Shown here in pieces: positions 36,085-46,383 of a DNA stretch of 64,000 nucleotides (position 1 is the stretch's first letter; the number at the start of each line of letters is the position of its first letter). Under the pieces are notes generated by a model. It did not search any database. It was not told the DNA's origin and saw nothing but the letters and a program-made list of their open reading frames with translations. Position numbers and translations under genes: made by a program. Source of the stretch: Lewinellaceae bacterium (GTDB taxonomy: Bacteria; Bacteroidota; Bacteroidia; Chitinophagales; Saprospiraceae); contig JACJXV010000016.1 of NCBI GenBank assembly GCA_020636445.1, forward strand, positions 1,655 to 65,654. The letters are read 5' to 3'.

Positions 36085-37683
36085 TTAATTAGGTGGAGCC
36101 TCCCGCGTTGTTTTGGTACGAATGCGATCTATTTCTGCTTGCAGTGATTTTACGACTTCCGCGTTATCCTTGGCAACATTGCTTTGTTCGGCTTTATCTG
36201 TACTCAGGTTAAAGAGTTGTGGGAAAAACTCGAATCCACCCTCTACACCTTTTTCATTCATGAAGGTTGGGATTTTCTTGGTACTGGAAAAGGGTTCGAT
36301 GTATTTCCAGTCACCCTGCCTGATTTGCGTGGTAAAGGATTCCTCCAGGAAAAATTCGCTTCCTTGCTTTGTATGGTCAAGGAGGGCCTGCAGGTTGTTA
36401 TCGCTATCAATGGCTTCATCATCAGCCAATTCCTGACCAGCCAATGCCGCCAGGGAGGCATAGAGGTCGATCTGGCTAATAGGGGTCTTACTGGCTCCTC
36501 GGGAAGTTTTTCCCGGCCAGTAAACGATCATAGGTACGCGTGTTCCGGCTTCGTAGGCGCTATACTTTCCGCCGCGGAAGGGACCGGAAGGTTGGTGGTT
36601 GCCCAGGAGTTCTTCGGCCTGGTCTTCATACCCGTCGTTCAGGACCGGGCCGTTATCACTGGTGAAAATAACCAGCGTGTTTTCAGCAAGGCCTTTTTCT
36701 TCCAGATAACGGATAATTTTTCCGGTAACCCAGTCCATTTGGGCGATAACATCACCCCGTGGCCCCATGGTGCTTTTGCCGACAAATTGCTTGTTGGGTA
36801 AGCGGGGAACATGAATGTCATGAAAGGCAAAATACAGGAAGAAGGGATTCTGCTTGGCGTTAGCAATAAACTTTTCGGCCTTTTCGGTCAGCACTTGGGG
36901 GAATTCCTCATCAACCCATAAGGCTGATTCACCCCCTTCCATATACCCGATGCGGCTGATCCCGTTGACGATGGTATTGCTGTGTTGCGGGTCTGCTTTT
37001 TGGCGCAGTAATTCCGGGTTGTCAATACCATTGGGGTAGCCGGTAAGTTTCATTTCATAATCTACTACAATTGGCTTGTCTGTTTTCGCCAGATTAGCCA
37101 CGCGGTGATTTTCCAGGTAAACCGTGGGTACCCGGTCACCGGTTGCGGGCAGGATAAAGCTGTAATCAAATCCAATCTCCAGTGGCCCTGGCTTTACCTC
37201 CCCGTTCCAATCAATAGTACCGTTGCCAAGACCTAAGTGCCATTTCCCGACGACTCCTGTTTTGTAGCCTGCCTGCTTCAACATGCGGGGTAGGGTATAG
37301 CTTCCCGGTTCAATCAACAGGGGGGCATCACCAGGCAGAATGGCAGCCTTGTTGCGGAAAGCATAACGGCCGGTCAGCAAGGAATACCGGGAAGGGGTAC
37401 AGGTAGAAGCAGTACTGTGGGCATCGGTAAATCGAATACCTTCGTTGGCCAGCCGATCCACATTTGGGGTGGTAACTCCCCGGGCACCATAACAGCTAAG
37501 ATCACCAAAGCCCAAATCATCCACATAAAATACAATAATGTTGGGCCTTTTTTCCGGTATTTGTGTTGCTGACTTTTCACTGTTGGTTTGACAGGAGGGC
37601 GCAAGTAGACACAGGGCAAAAAGCACCAGCACTATTGCAACGGAGCCCTTCTGTGGAACTGAAGTCTGGGTAAAAATATTCAT
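36085..37683 (-). CDS. arylsulfatase (S1 formylglycine-dependent sulfatase)
   Basis: Track ORF extends to 37749; the ATG at 37683 gives a signal peptide. It has the sulfatase signature STCTPSRYSLLTGRY and VDDLGFGDL metal-binding motif. Confidence 0.9.
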   Translation of the reverse strand: MNIFTQTSVPQKGSVAIVLVLFALCLLAPSCQTNSEKSATQIPEKRPNIIVFYVDDLGFGDLSCYGARGVTTPNVDRLANEGIRFTDAHSTASTCTPSRYSLLTGRYAFRNKAAILPGDAPLLIEPGSYTLPRMLKQAGYKTGVVGKWHLGLGNGTIDWNGEVKPGPLEIGFDYSFILPATGDRVPTVYLENHRVANLAKTDKPIVVDYEMKLTGYPNGIDNPELLRQKADPQHSNTIVNGISRIGYMEGGESALWVDEEFPQVLTEKAEKFIANAKQNPFFLYFAFHDIHVPRLPNKQFVGKSTMGPRGDVIAQMDWVTGKIIRYLEEKGLAENTLVIFTSDNGPVLNDGYEDQAEELLGNHQPSGPFRGGKYSAYEAGTRVPMIVYWPGKTSRGASKTPISQIDLYASLAALAGQELADDEAIDSDNNLQALLDHTKQGSEFFLEESFTTQIRQGDWKYIEPFSSTKKIPTFMNEKGVEGGFEFFPQLFNLSTDKAEQSNVAKDNAEVVKSLQAEIDRIRTKTTREAPPN

Positions 37684-37958
37684 AGATTTGATTGATATTT
37701 GAAACATGTTAAAAATGCAACACCTGGTGGAAGTTTTGGGTGGTCGCAACGTTCAAACAGGGGGGTAATCTCTTCATTTTTCTGCGCTGGCGGTTTTTTC
37801 TGGTATAAAAGGAAATGAACTGGCTGACGATGGAAAAGATTGTTTGCTGCGGGGGACTGCTGGACTGGACCGCTCGTATCCCACCCGGGTTTGTCCTTAC
37901 TTAGTGCCGAACTGGGGAGGTGTTTTTCAAGTACAGGAAATTGACAAGACAAGACAAG

Positions 37959-38714
37959 ATGGAAGTACAGCGGCTTAATATGGACAATAGTTGGTTTTTC
38001 CACTTGGGGAGACTGCGTTTTTTGGTAGATCCCTGGCTGGAAGGAGAGGAGGTTGATTATTTCCGCTGGTTCAACACACAATGGCACCGAACCCCTCCAC
38101 TGCCTTACGATCAAATACCCGATTATGACCTGGTCCTAATAACGCAAAAATACCCTGACCATTTCCACCAACAGACGCTTGCTCGCCTGAATCCGGCCAG
38201 GGTAATTGTGCCGGTGTCAATCGAAAAAAAAGTAAAGACCTTGCTGCCCAAGGCTGAGGTAATCGCCATGGGTGCGCGTCAACGGGTTTTTGAAACCCAG
38301 GGCGTGCGGTTTACCTGGTATCCATCTACCCGGCCACTGGGGCCAGTGTTCGATGCATGCTGTGTATCGGATGCCACGGAAGCGCTCTTCCTTGCTCCGC
38401 ACGGCTACCAACCGAACAAGCGGTGGCTGGCTCCGGACCAGCCGGTAAAACTGCTGATTACGACCTTCAATGAATTAAAGCTGCCTTTCTTCCTTGGCGG
38501 GCGTATTGCCCCCGGCATCCGCGGACTGATGTCCCTCGGCGCCCGGCTTCATCCTGCATACCTGGTGGCCACGCACGATGAGGATAAACATGCCAAAGGA
38601 TTGGTCATGAAGCTTGCTGCCGTTCAGTCGACTACGAAAGCAGACCTTGAAACCTATCCGTCGTTGCAAAACCGCATTTTAGAGATTGATCACTATCGTT
38701 GTGTTAAGCTTTAA
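37959..38714 (+). CDS. MBL-fold metallo-hydrolase family protein
   Basis: The track ORF starts at GTG 37920; the ATG at 37959 is preferred. YDLVLITQKYPDHFH resembles the degenerate HxHxDH region of beta-lactamase-fold proteins, with ATHDED near the C-terminus. Recognition is moderate. Confidence 0.55.
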   Translation: MEVQRLNMDNSWFFHLGRLRFLVDPWLEGEEVDYFRWFNTQWHRTPPLPYDQIPDYDLVLITQKYPDHFHQQTLARLNPARVIVPVSIEKKVKTLLPKAEVIAMGARQRVFETQGVRFTWYPSTRPLGPVFDACCVSDATEALFLAPHGYQPNKRWLAPDQPVKLLITTFNELKLPFFLGGRIAPGIRGLMSLGARLHPAYLVATHDEDKHAKGLVMKLAAVQSTTKADLETYPSLQNRILEIDHYRCVKL

Positions 38715-38864
38715 TCTGTACAAGAACTCCTGGACATGAAAAACAGGAAAGAGGACCTTCAGGGGGACGCAACCCCAAACGACTATTTTAGCCATCTAAA
38801 GGAATGTAGTGCTTAACCCTTTTTTGTACCTTTCCTATACTACTTAATTTACCTTGCGCTAGCT

Positions 38865-41800
38865 ATGAAAAAAATTATCCTGGTCACCTGTTTTCTGGGA
38901 CTGACATTGCTTGCTTTCGGCCAGATTCCTCGCCTGGTTGTACCCATTGGCAATACCAAAGCTATTTCCTCCACGGCGTTTTCCCCTGATGGCAAATACA
39001 TCCTTTCTGGAAACGGCGATATGATGATCGGAGATTGCGTAGCTATCCTCTGGGACCGGCAGGGGCGCGAAATCCAGACTTTTAAAGGTCATACATCGGT
39101 GATCACGAAGGTGGCTTTTTTTCCGGATGGAAAGCGCGTGCTGACTGGGAGTTGGGATGGAACAGCTAAGGTGTGGGACTTACAGGGCAAAGTGCTGCAG
39201 ACGTTTAAAAATACGGATAACATATCCGCCTTAGCCATTTCCCCCGATGGAAAGCTGATTCTGGTCGGGGATAATGATGGCGCTCGCTTGTGGGATTTGC
39301 AGGGCAAAGTGGTTCGCACCCTAGCGGGGGTAAAGGAAGTGCAGTCGGTAGCTTTTTCTGCGGACGGTACCCAATTGCTAACCAGTAATGGGGGCACCTC
39401 CCCCCTCCTCAAGTTGTGGTCCCTTCAGGGGCAGCTCATTCGATCTTTTGCACCAGGTAAAGAGGATACTGAAATCTACGGTGTTTTTTCACCAGATGGC
39501 AAACAGATCCTGAGTATAGGCTCTTATGCCATTGCCAAGTTATGGGATGTACAGGGTAACTTAATCCGGGAGTTGTTTGATAAGGGTTCCTTTGCTCCTT
39601 CCGCCTTCTGCTTTTCCCCGGATGGCAAAAAAGTCTTGCGGGGATTCAGGAATGGTGGGGTGATTTTATCGGATCTTCAGGGGGAGACCCTTTTTTCTTT
39701 ACAGCGTGAGAGTTGGGTTAGAACCGTCCAGTTTTCTCCTGACGGACAGCATGTTCTCGTTGGTTGGGATGATGGAAAAATGGAGTTACTGGATTTGCAA
39801 GGACAGCCCACCCAAAACTTTCGTGGGCATACCTCTACTTCCATGGATATGGCTTATGCACCGGATGGACAGCATCTGCTGTTGGGTGGGAGCGACCATA
39901 CAGCACGATTATGGGATCTCCAGCGACAGGAAATCAAATCCCTGCCGGGCCATGAGGAAAATTGGGTGGCTTCCGTTGCCTATTCCGCGGATGGACAGCA
40001 GATCCTGACCAAAGGGGGGCGGGATGCATTTCTGCGGAACGCAGCAGGTCAAACTATTCGAACTTATTCGGGCCCCAGGTTTGGCCTGAATAGGGCCGTA
40101 TTTATTGCCGATGGACAAGTAATGGGGACCGGCGATAATTTTATCAAGGTTTGGAATGCCCAGGGAGTAGAAACGAAGAGTACGGAAGTTAACTTCAATA
40201 CCTATCACCCGGAGGGTTTTGCCAAAAATGGCCAGTTTATGCTTACCTCCAATAATCAAGGGGGGATGCGCATGTTAGATCGTGAGGGTAAGGTATTGCA
40301 CATGTTGAATAGTGATGCCGGGTCCATGAGAGCCTTTGGTATATTTCCCGATGATCAGCAAATAATTATCGTTGACAACACGAATAAGGCTACAATATGG
40401 AATGCCGAGGGACAAAAAATCCGCTCTTTCCAGGTTGCTGTTAAGATGTTGGAGCTGATAGGTGCCCGGTACTTAGCCATTTCTCCCGACGGACAAATGG
40501 TGGCTTCCATTGGCGATAACTACGTCATCAACCTTTGGGATTTACAGGGTCGGGTTTTGCAAACCTTTAAAGGGCACACCGGAATAATCAACACCCTGCG
40601 GTTTTCTCCTGACGGAAAGCAGTTGATGAGCAGTAGTATGGACACGACGGTTAAGCTTTGGGATACCCAAACGGGCAAAGAACTGGCCACCCTGCTGACG
40701 ATAGACGCTACCGATTGGGTGGTGACCACGCCTTCGGGCTTGTTTGATGCCTCTCCGGGGGCCATGAACCTGATGTATTTCGTAGTGGGCCTGGAGGTCG
40801 TTGCACTGGAACAACTCAAGGAGCGCTACTACGAACCAGGGCTACTACCGCGACTGATGGGACTTAGTTCCGGCACTATCCGCGAAGTAAGTACCTTAAC
40901 TGCAGCGCCGCTGTATCCGGAAATAAACGCTTCCATCGATAACGATCAACTTACCATTCAGCTCACTCCCCGTAGTGGAGGGTTGGGAAAACTCAGCTTC
41001 TTTATCAACGGGAAAGAGATGGCCGAAAATCTCAACACGGGAAGTAAAACATCCCTGACCGTTGATTTAAAGGCGTATGATAAATTCTATCTGCCCGGTT
41101 CGAATACGCTGACGATACGTGCCTATAACAGTGATAACTGGCTCAAGAGTCCGGCCTATGATCTCGACTATGCCGGGCCCGCCGCCAGCAAAGGTACCGG
41201 AACGGGCAGTACCCCATCAACACCAACAACAAACATTCCCAAGCCCCACCTGTACGCGATCGTCGTGGGCACTTCCGACTACAGTGGCACTCAACTAGAC
41301 CTGCGTTTTCCCGACCATGATGCTACAACTATTTCCCAGGCCCTGAGCAGCGCCGGGAAAGCCCTTTTTGAGGACCGGGTACATGTGAAACTACTGACGA
41401 CCGATAGTAAAACACCCACCGGAATTGCTTCCAAGACGAATATCGCCGCAGCCTTTACTGAGTTTGCCGGGCTGGCGAAACCTACTGATGTGCTCGTTAT
41501 CTATTTTTCGGGGCATGGGATTAGCTATGGCAATGCAGAGCAAAGTCAGTTTTACTACCTGACCAAGGATATCGCCAGTGCTGATCTTTCAGATCCGGAG
41601 GTACGGAAAAAAGCTACGGTTTCCTCTGAAGACCTGACAGCCTGGTTGACGGCTATCACCGCTCAGAAACAGGTGATGATTTTCGATGCTTGTAACTCAG
41701 GAAAGGTTGTGGATGCATTCTCAGGTATTGGCGCTCGCTCCCTGAACTCCACTCAAATCCGGGCGCTGGATCGCATGAAAGACCGTACGGGTATGTTCAT

Positions 41801-42401
41801 CCTGACGGGCGCTGCTGCCGATAAGGTGAGTTTTGAAGCGAGTCAGTATGGTCAGGGGTTGCTCACTTACAGCCTGCTGCAGGGAATGAGTGGCCTGGCC
41901 CTTACCTCCGATAAACGGGTAGATGTTATGACGCTCATGCAGTATGCGCGCGATCAGGTTCCTGAGCTTGCCAAAGGCATTCGGCAGGTGCAAATCCCCG
42001 TGGTGGCTTTTCCTGCTAATGGGGGCAGTTTTGACATTGGCATAGTCAATGCCGGGGTGAAAATTCCACTGGCCCAGGTTAAGCCGGTGTTTATTCGCAA
42101 TGTATTTCAGGACGAGGATACCTTCGATGATGTGCTGGGCCTGACCAATGCCCTGGCGGGTTATTTTGAGGAAATTACTACCCGCGGGGCCCAGGCGGAT
42201 ATGATCTATGTTGATGTTAGCGAGTATGAAAATGCTTACTCTATCAAAGGGCGATATACCCTCAAAGGCGATGTGGTGACGGTGAGGGGCCGCTTATTTC
42301 AGGGTACTACCTCGAAGGGCGAATTTACCCTGACCGGCAAGAAAAGCCAACTTTCAGCCCTGGTTGCTGCCATTGTTGATAAGGTATCAGAAATGTTGTA
42401 A
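38865..42401 (+). CDS. exported WD40-repeat (about 14 blades) / peptidase C14 caspase-domain fusion protein
   Basis: Signal peptide MKKIILVTCFLGLTLLAFGQ. There are 14 recurrences of an [FIY]-x-[PAK]-[DN]-[GD] blade motif about 40 aa apart, 12 of them with the strict P/A-D-G core (the eleventh is FAKNG and the twelfth IFPDD), with LWDLQG-type strands. A beta-sandwich-like linker and a TGTGSTPSTPTT spacer follow. The caspase core HLYAIVVGTSDY has its His in YFSGHG (codon 41514-41516) and its Cys in FDACNSG (codon 41691-41693). Confidence 0.85.
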   Translation: MKKIILVTCFLGLTLLAFGQIPRLVVPIGNTKAISSTAFSPDGKYILSGNGDMMIGDCVAILWDRQGREIQTFKGHTSVITKVAFFPDGKRVLTGSWDGTAKVWDLQGKVLQTFKNTDNISALAISPDGKLILVGDNDGARLWDLQGKVVRTLAGVKEVQSVAFSADGTQLLTSNGGTSPLLKLWSLQGQLIRSFAPGKEDTEIYGVFSPDGKQILSIGSYAIAKLWDVQGNLIRELFDKGSFAPSAFCFSPDGKKVLRGFRNGGVILSDLQGETLFSLQRESWVRTVQFSPDGQHVLVGWDDGKMELLDLQGQPTQNFRGHTSTSMDMAYAPDGQHLLLGGSDHTARLWDLQRQEIKSLPGHEENWVASVAYSADGQQILTKGGRDAFLRNAAGQTIRTYSGPRFGLNRAVFIADGQVMGTGDNFIKVWNAQGVETKSTEVNFNTYHPEGFAKNGQFMLTSNNQGGMRMLDREGKVLHMLNSDAGSMRAFGIFPDDQQIIIVDNTNKATIWNAEGQKIRSFQVAVKMLELIGARYLAISPDGQMVASIGDNYVINLWDLQGRVLQTFKGHTGIINTLRFSPDGKQLMSSSMDTTVKLWDTQTGKELATLLTIDATDWVVTTPSGLFDASPGAMNLMYFVVGLEVVALEQLKERYYEPGLLPRLMGLSSGTIREVSTLTAAPLYPEINASIDNDQLTIQLTPRSGGLGKLSFFINGKEMAENLNTGSKTSLTVDLKAYDKFYLPGSNTLTIRAYNSDNWLKSPAYDLDYAGPAASKGTGTGSTPSTPTTNIPKPHLYAIVVGTSDYSGTQLDLRFPDHDATTISQALSSAGKALFEDRVHVKLLTTDSKTPTGIASKTNIAAAFTEFAGLAKPTDVLVIYFSGHGISYGNAEQSQFYYLTKDIASADLSDPEVRKKATVSSEDLTAWLTAITAQKQVMIFDACNSGKVVDAFSGIGARSLNSTQIRALDRMKDRTGMFILTGAAADKVSFEASQYGQGLLTYSLLQGMSGLALTSDKRVDVMTLMQYARDQVPELAKGIRQVQIPVVAFPANGGSFDIGIVNAGVKIPLAQVKPVFIRNVFQDEDTFDDVLGLTNALAGYFEEITTRGAQADMIYVDVSEYENAYSIKGRYTLKGDVVTVRGRLFQGTTSKGEFTLTGKKSQLSALVAAIVDKVSEML

Positions 42402-42405
42402 GCTT

Positions 42406-42454
42406 CCTGCTTGGCTGCGGTTGCCCCTCAAGCTAAAACCCGTGGCCAAGCAGG
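42406..42454. terminator. 10-bp stem hairpin between convergent genes
   Basis: CCTGCTTGGC (42406-42415) pairs with GCCAAGCAGG (42445-42454), starting 5 nt after the stop codon at 42401. The 29-nt loop makes the terminator role uncertain. Confidence 0.35.
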
Positions 42455-42554
42455 TGCCGCTGCAGGGTTGGGGTTTGCTTTTTATTCACTTATCCTAGCT
42501 TTGGTAGGTGAGTTTGCTCCTGAGTTGCAGGACTCATTTCCTATTGCTGATTTG

Positions 42555-44597
42555 CTAAAACTGCGTTAGTGCTTCCTTTGCCGTTTCCACTGGTAGGCGA
42601 CAGGCCTTGTTCTTACAAACGTAGATCAGCGTCTGTCCTTCCTGTAATTTATGCTCCAGCAAAGCGAGTTTTCCTTCAGTAGCGCCCCCCAGGAATAAGG
42701 CATGTGGCCGGTATGTCGCCTGAAGCTCACGGCGCCTGGCATCCCACTGTGGCCCCACAATGGCTACTTCATGAACAGGAATGGTTTCTTTCAGGTACAA
42801 CCCCAGCCAGTGTGAAAAATAGGTGGGGTCCTGGCGGAAGCTCGACTGTCCCAGGACTTCGGTAAGCATATTATGGGAACGCTCCAGATAATCTTTGCGG
42901 TAAAGTAGCGTGCCTAATTCCCAGAAAGCCTGGGCTAAGACTGCGTTGGCAGAAGGAATGACATTGTCTTCAGTTTCTTTAGGTCGGATTAATAGTTGGG
43001 GATCCAAATCAGAAGTGGTAAAGAGCAAGGATGATTTCTCATCAGCAAAATGGGCCAGGGAATAGTCTGCCAGCAGCTGGGCACGGCGCAACCATTGCGC
43101 ATCAAAACTAATCTGGTAAAGGGCGATAAAAGCCTGGGTGGTGTGCGCATAATCATCCAGAAAGCCATTGATACGCCGTTGTCCATTCGGGTAGGTTCGC
43201 CATAGCTGCCCTTCGGGACTCATTAAACGAGTAGCCAGGAACTGGCCCATTTGCAAGGCTTTTTGGCGCAGGGACTCTTTGCCCAGACTGCGGTAAGCTT
43301 CGCAGTACCCCTGGATGGCCAGTGCATTCCAGGACGTGATCAATTTTTCATCGCGCGGGGGAGGGGAGCGTTTGCTACGGGCAGCAAGTAACTTTTGCCG
43401 AACATAATCCGGGGGGTCTCCTGAACCAGCTTTGCGCGTAAGCACCTGACGATCAGAATCCAACGTGACCAGCTGAAAGTAATTTTGGAAGTGCTTCTGC
43501 ACGCTGTCATCCTGCCCGAGGGCTTGCTTGATTTCGGATGTCGTCCAGGTATAGTACCGGCCTTCCTCCCCTTCACTATCCGCATCAAGGGATGCATAGA
43601 ACAGTCCGTCCGGATGTTGGAGGGAAGTTTCCAGGAAGGTCATAATCGCTTCCATGATTTGGCGGTAACGTGGTTTATTGGTAGCCCGGTAGGCCTGCGC
43701 ATACAAACCGAGGAGCTGGGCATTGTCGTAAAGCATTTTCTCAAAATGAGGAATGGCCCATTTTTCATCGACGGTATACCGGGCAAAGCCACCGCCCAGT
43801 TGATCGTAAATGCCGCCATTGGCCATGGCATCAAGTTGAGTGGTTACTGCCTTGAGAGCTACAGAGTCCTTATCCCCAAAACTGTACTGGAGGAGAAACT
43901 GAGCCAGGCCCGGCAGCGGGAATTTAGGTGCTCCCTGACGGCCTCCCCACTGCTCATCAGCGGTGCTGAGTAATTGATCTATAGCAGTTCCGAGTAAGGC
44001 CTCGGGTAGTTTAGGTACTTCCTTACCCGGCAGGCTTTTGGTAGTGGCCAGTTGTAATCCTTGCGCCAGACGAGCGGCATAATTCACTAATTGGTTAGGC
44101 TCTTTTTCGTAAGTTTCCTGAAAATAGGTGAGGATCTCTTGCCAGTTTTTGCGCGGGTAATAAGTTCCTGCCCATATCGGGCGCCCATCAGGTAGTGCAA
44201 AAACGTTGAGGGGCCAGCCGCATCCGCCACCGTTGGTGAGCTGGCAGGCCGTCAGATAAACATCATCGAGGTCGGGACGCTCCTCCCGGTCTACTTTAAT
44301 ACTGACAAAATGGGCATTCATCTGGCGGGCTACTGCGGTGTCGGAAAAGGTTTCTTTTTCCATGACATGACACCAATGACAGGCCGTATAGCCAATGCTG
44401 ATCACCAATAGTTTATTTTCCCGTTTAGCTTTGGCCAGGGCTTCTTCGCCCCAGGGATACCAGTCGACGGGGTTGCGGGCATGTAGTTGTAAATAAGGAC
44501 TGGGTTCGTTGGCCAGGTGGTTTTCAGGAGTTGTACGTCGGCATCCTGCCAAAGAAAGAACTATAAAACCCCAGCAAACAGGTATCAGGATGCGCAT
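42555..44597 (-). CDS. thioredoxin-domain protein (DUF255 / YyaL-like, with six-hairpin glycosidase-like C-terminal region)
   Basis: 680 aa with lipobox LSLAGC. It has the DUF255 signature [19 protein letters not shown]. Confidence 0.85.
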   Translation of the reverse strand: MRILIPVCWGFIVLSLAGCRRTTPENHLANEPSPYLQLHARNPVDWYPWGEEALAKAKRENKLLVISIGYTACHWCHVMEKETFSDTAVARQMNAHFVSIKVDREERPDLDDVYLTACQLTNGGGCGWPLNVFALPDGRPIWAGTYYPRKNWQEILTYFQETYEKEPNQLVNYAARLAQGLQLATTKSLPGKEVPKLPEALLGTAIDQLLSTADEQWGGRQGAPKFPLPGLAQFLLQYSFGDKDSVALKAVTTQLDAMANGGIYDQLGGGFARYTVDEKWAIPHFEKMLYDNAQLLGLYAQAYRATNKPRYRQIMEAIMTFLETSLQHPDGLFYASLDADSEGEEGRYYTWTTSEIKQALGQDDSVQKHFQNYFQLVTLDSDRQVLTRKAGSGDPPDYVRQKLLAARSKRSPPPRDEKLITSWNALAIQGYCEAYRSLGKESLRQKALQMGQFLATRLMSPEGQLWRTYPNGQRRINGFLDDYAHTTQAFIALYQISFDAQWLRRAQLLADYSLAHFADEKSSLLFTTSDLDPQLLIRPKETEDNVIPSANAVLAQAFWELGTLLYRKDYLERSHNMLTEVLGQSSFRQDPTYFSHWLGLYLKETIPVHEVAIVGPQWDARRRELQATYRPHALFLGGATEGKLALLEHKLQEGQTLIYVCKNKACRLPVETAKEALTQF

Positions 44598-44603
44598 CCT
44601 CGC

Positions 44604-45038
44604 TTATTTATTGGCATTAATGAAGGCCCAGTGCGCTCCATTTTTGTCCAGAAAATCAAGATAATGCCCCGAGGGGATGATAGTCAATCCCCGGGGGGAG
44701 CGATTGTACAGATAGGCCCAGCAGCTATACATTTCGTCATCGATCCAGACGGGAATTTGCTCGCGCCGGTATTCGTTATTTGGGTGGCCATTAGGTTCCA
44801 TCATTTCATAGGTATCCAGTATTGGCCAGACATCCGTTGGATTATCCAGTGTCATAACTTGCCCATAAACCCAGGTAGTCGCTTCGGGGGTGTGAACCAG
44901 GCCGGGGTATTGCCCAAGGTCGTATAACTGCCCTGTTGTGCGGCCTTCACCAAGCAGTTGTCCTTGAGATTTTAGAAATGCAGTGATACTCGATTCAATG
45001 CTTTGCAGCAGGGTTCCGTAAACGAAAAGGTATTCCAT
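44604..45038 (-). CDS. gamma-glutamylcyclotransferase-like (AIG2/GGACT family) protein
   Basis: The N-terminal LFVYGTLL motif is present. The gene stops 6 nt before the start of the DUF255 gene, so the two are probably co-transcribed. Confidence 0.75.
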   Translation of the reverse strand: MEYLFVYGTLLQSIESSITAFLKSQGQLLGEGRTTGQLYDLGQYPGLVHTPEATTWVYGQVMTLDNPTDVWPILDTYEMMEPNGHPNNEYRREQIPVWIDDEMYSCWAYLYNRSPRGLTIIPSGHYLDFLDKNGAHWAFINANK

Positions 45039-45225
45039 ATGCGTGCCGTTTTCACAATAAATATAAGGTATCCCGCGGTTTCATGCCTGGAATAATTAGG
45101 GTGATCAAGTTCAGTATTGCCTTTGATGGATATCATGGCATCGTTGAGCAACCAGCGACAATTTGGGGGCAGCGTTGGGGGCGCAATATGAATCTCGCCC
45201 GGCATTCCTAATAAACTCAAAAAGT

Positions 45226-46323
45226 ATGTTCAGGTATATTTTGCTGGCTATTATCATTATTCACGGATTGATTCATTTACTGGGCCCGGCCAAAGCTTTT
45301 CATTGGGCTGAGGTAACCCAGCTGACGCAACCAATTTCCCGCCTGCAGGGCTGGGGCTGGTTGCTGGTAACGGTACTATTTGCCGGGGTGGGTATTTTGT
45401 ATCTGCAGCATAATACTACCTGGTTTTGGTGGGCTATTCCGGCAATTGTGGTGTCTCAGGGGCTTATTTTCCAGACCTGGCAGGACGCTCGATTTGGGAC
45501 AATAGCTAATGTGCTGATCGGCCTGGGTGCTCTGCTGGCCTGGGCCTCGTGGTCTTTTGAACAGGAATTCAGAGCTGATGTGCGGGCTGCCTTTGCAGAA
45601 CAGGCAGTATTACCTGCACCAGACTTGCTTACCGAAGCAGATTTAGCGCCCCTGCCGGAGCCAGTACAACGTTATCTGCGCTACACGGGCTGTGTCAATA
45701 AACCTAAAGTGCAAAACTTTAAAGTGGTCTTTTCCGGGGAAATGCGCAGTAAGTCCATGGATTGGTTCTCCTTTACCAGTGAACAGTACAACTTCATCAG
45801 CGGCGACCCTAAGCGGTTGTTTTTTATGAAGGGTAAAATTAAAGGATTGCTCACCCCGGGATATCATGCTTACCAAAATGGCCAGGCATCTATGCTGATT
45901 AAAGCGCTGGGACTAATTCCGGTAGTCAAGTTGGGAACTGCAGAGCTGTTTCCTGCCGAGACGGTGACGGTATTCAATGATATGTGTCTGTTAGCTCCAG
46001 CCACCTTAATTGATTCGCGCATTCAGTGGAAACCCATTGATTCACTGTCAGCACAAGCCGTTTTTACCAATGGCAATACATCTATTTCGGCGATCTTGTA
46101 TTTTAATGAGGCTGGGGCACTGGTTGATTTTGGCTCTGATGACCGGTATGATGTGAACGCCAGCCAAAAATTCCACTTTACTACCCCCGTAGATCCCAAC
46201 TATGCGGAGTTCCAGGGATACCGATTACTGAAATCAGGAGAAGCGGTTTGGCATTATCCGGAGGGGCCATTTACTTATGGGAAATTTCAACTAAAGGTTG
46301 TGGCCTATAACGTAAAGGAATAA
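45226..46323 (+). CDS. membrane-anchored protein of unknown function (possibly DUF6544-like)
   Basis: The track ORF starts at TTG 45163; the ATG at 45226 is preferred. About four N-terminal TM helices precede a soluble domain containing LPEPVQRYLRYTG. The family call is from memory and tentative. Confidence 0.5.
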   Translation: MFRYILLAIIIIHGLIHLLGPAKAFHWAEVTQLTQPISRLQGWGWLLVTVLFAGVGILYLQHNTTWFWWAIPAIVVSQGLIFQTWQDARFGTIANVLIGLGALLAWASWSFEQEFRADVRAAFAEQAVLPAPDLLTEADLAPLPEPVQRYLRYTGCVNKPKVQNFKVVFSGEMRSKSMDWFSFTSEQYNFISGDPKRLFFMKGKIKGLLTPGYHAYQNGQASMLIKALGLIPVVKLGTAELFPAETVTVFNDMCLLAPATLIDSRIQWKPIDSLSAQAVFTNGNTSISAILYFNEAGALVDFGSDDRYDVNASQKFHFTTPVDPNYAEFQGYRLLKSGEAVWHYPEGPFTYGKFQLKVVAYNVKE

Positions 46324-46347
46324 GGACTATTTCTTTTCGAGGCATCA

Positions 46348-46383
46348 GCCCGCCTACGCCTAGCTTGTTCGCCTATGGCGGGC
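46348..46383. repeat. GC-rich palindromic REP-like unit (GCCCGCC...GGCGGGC)
   Basis: Segment 46362-46383 (AGCTTGTTCGCCTATGGCGGGC) matches the reverse complement of 51815-51836 at 21 of 22 positions. Confidence 0.8.

Noticed and set aside
36184-36801. 205-aa ORF antisense to the sulfatase gene
   Set aside because: The sulfatase frame carries the CTPSR signature and metal-binding motifs, so this is a shadow ORF.
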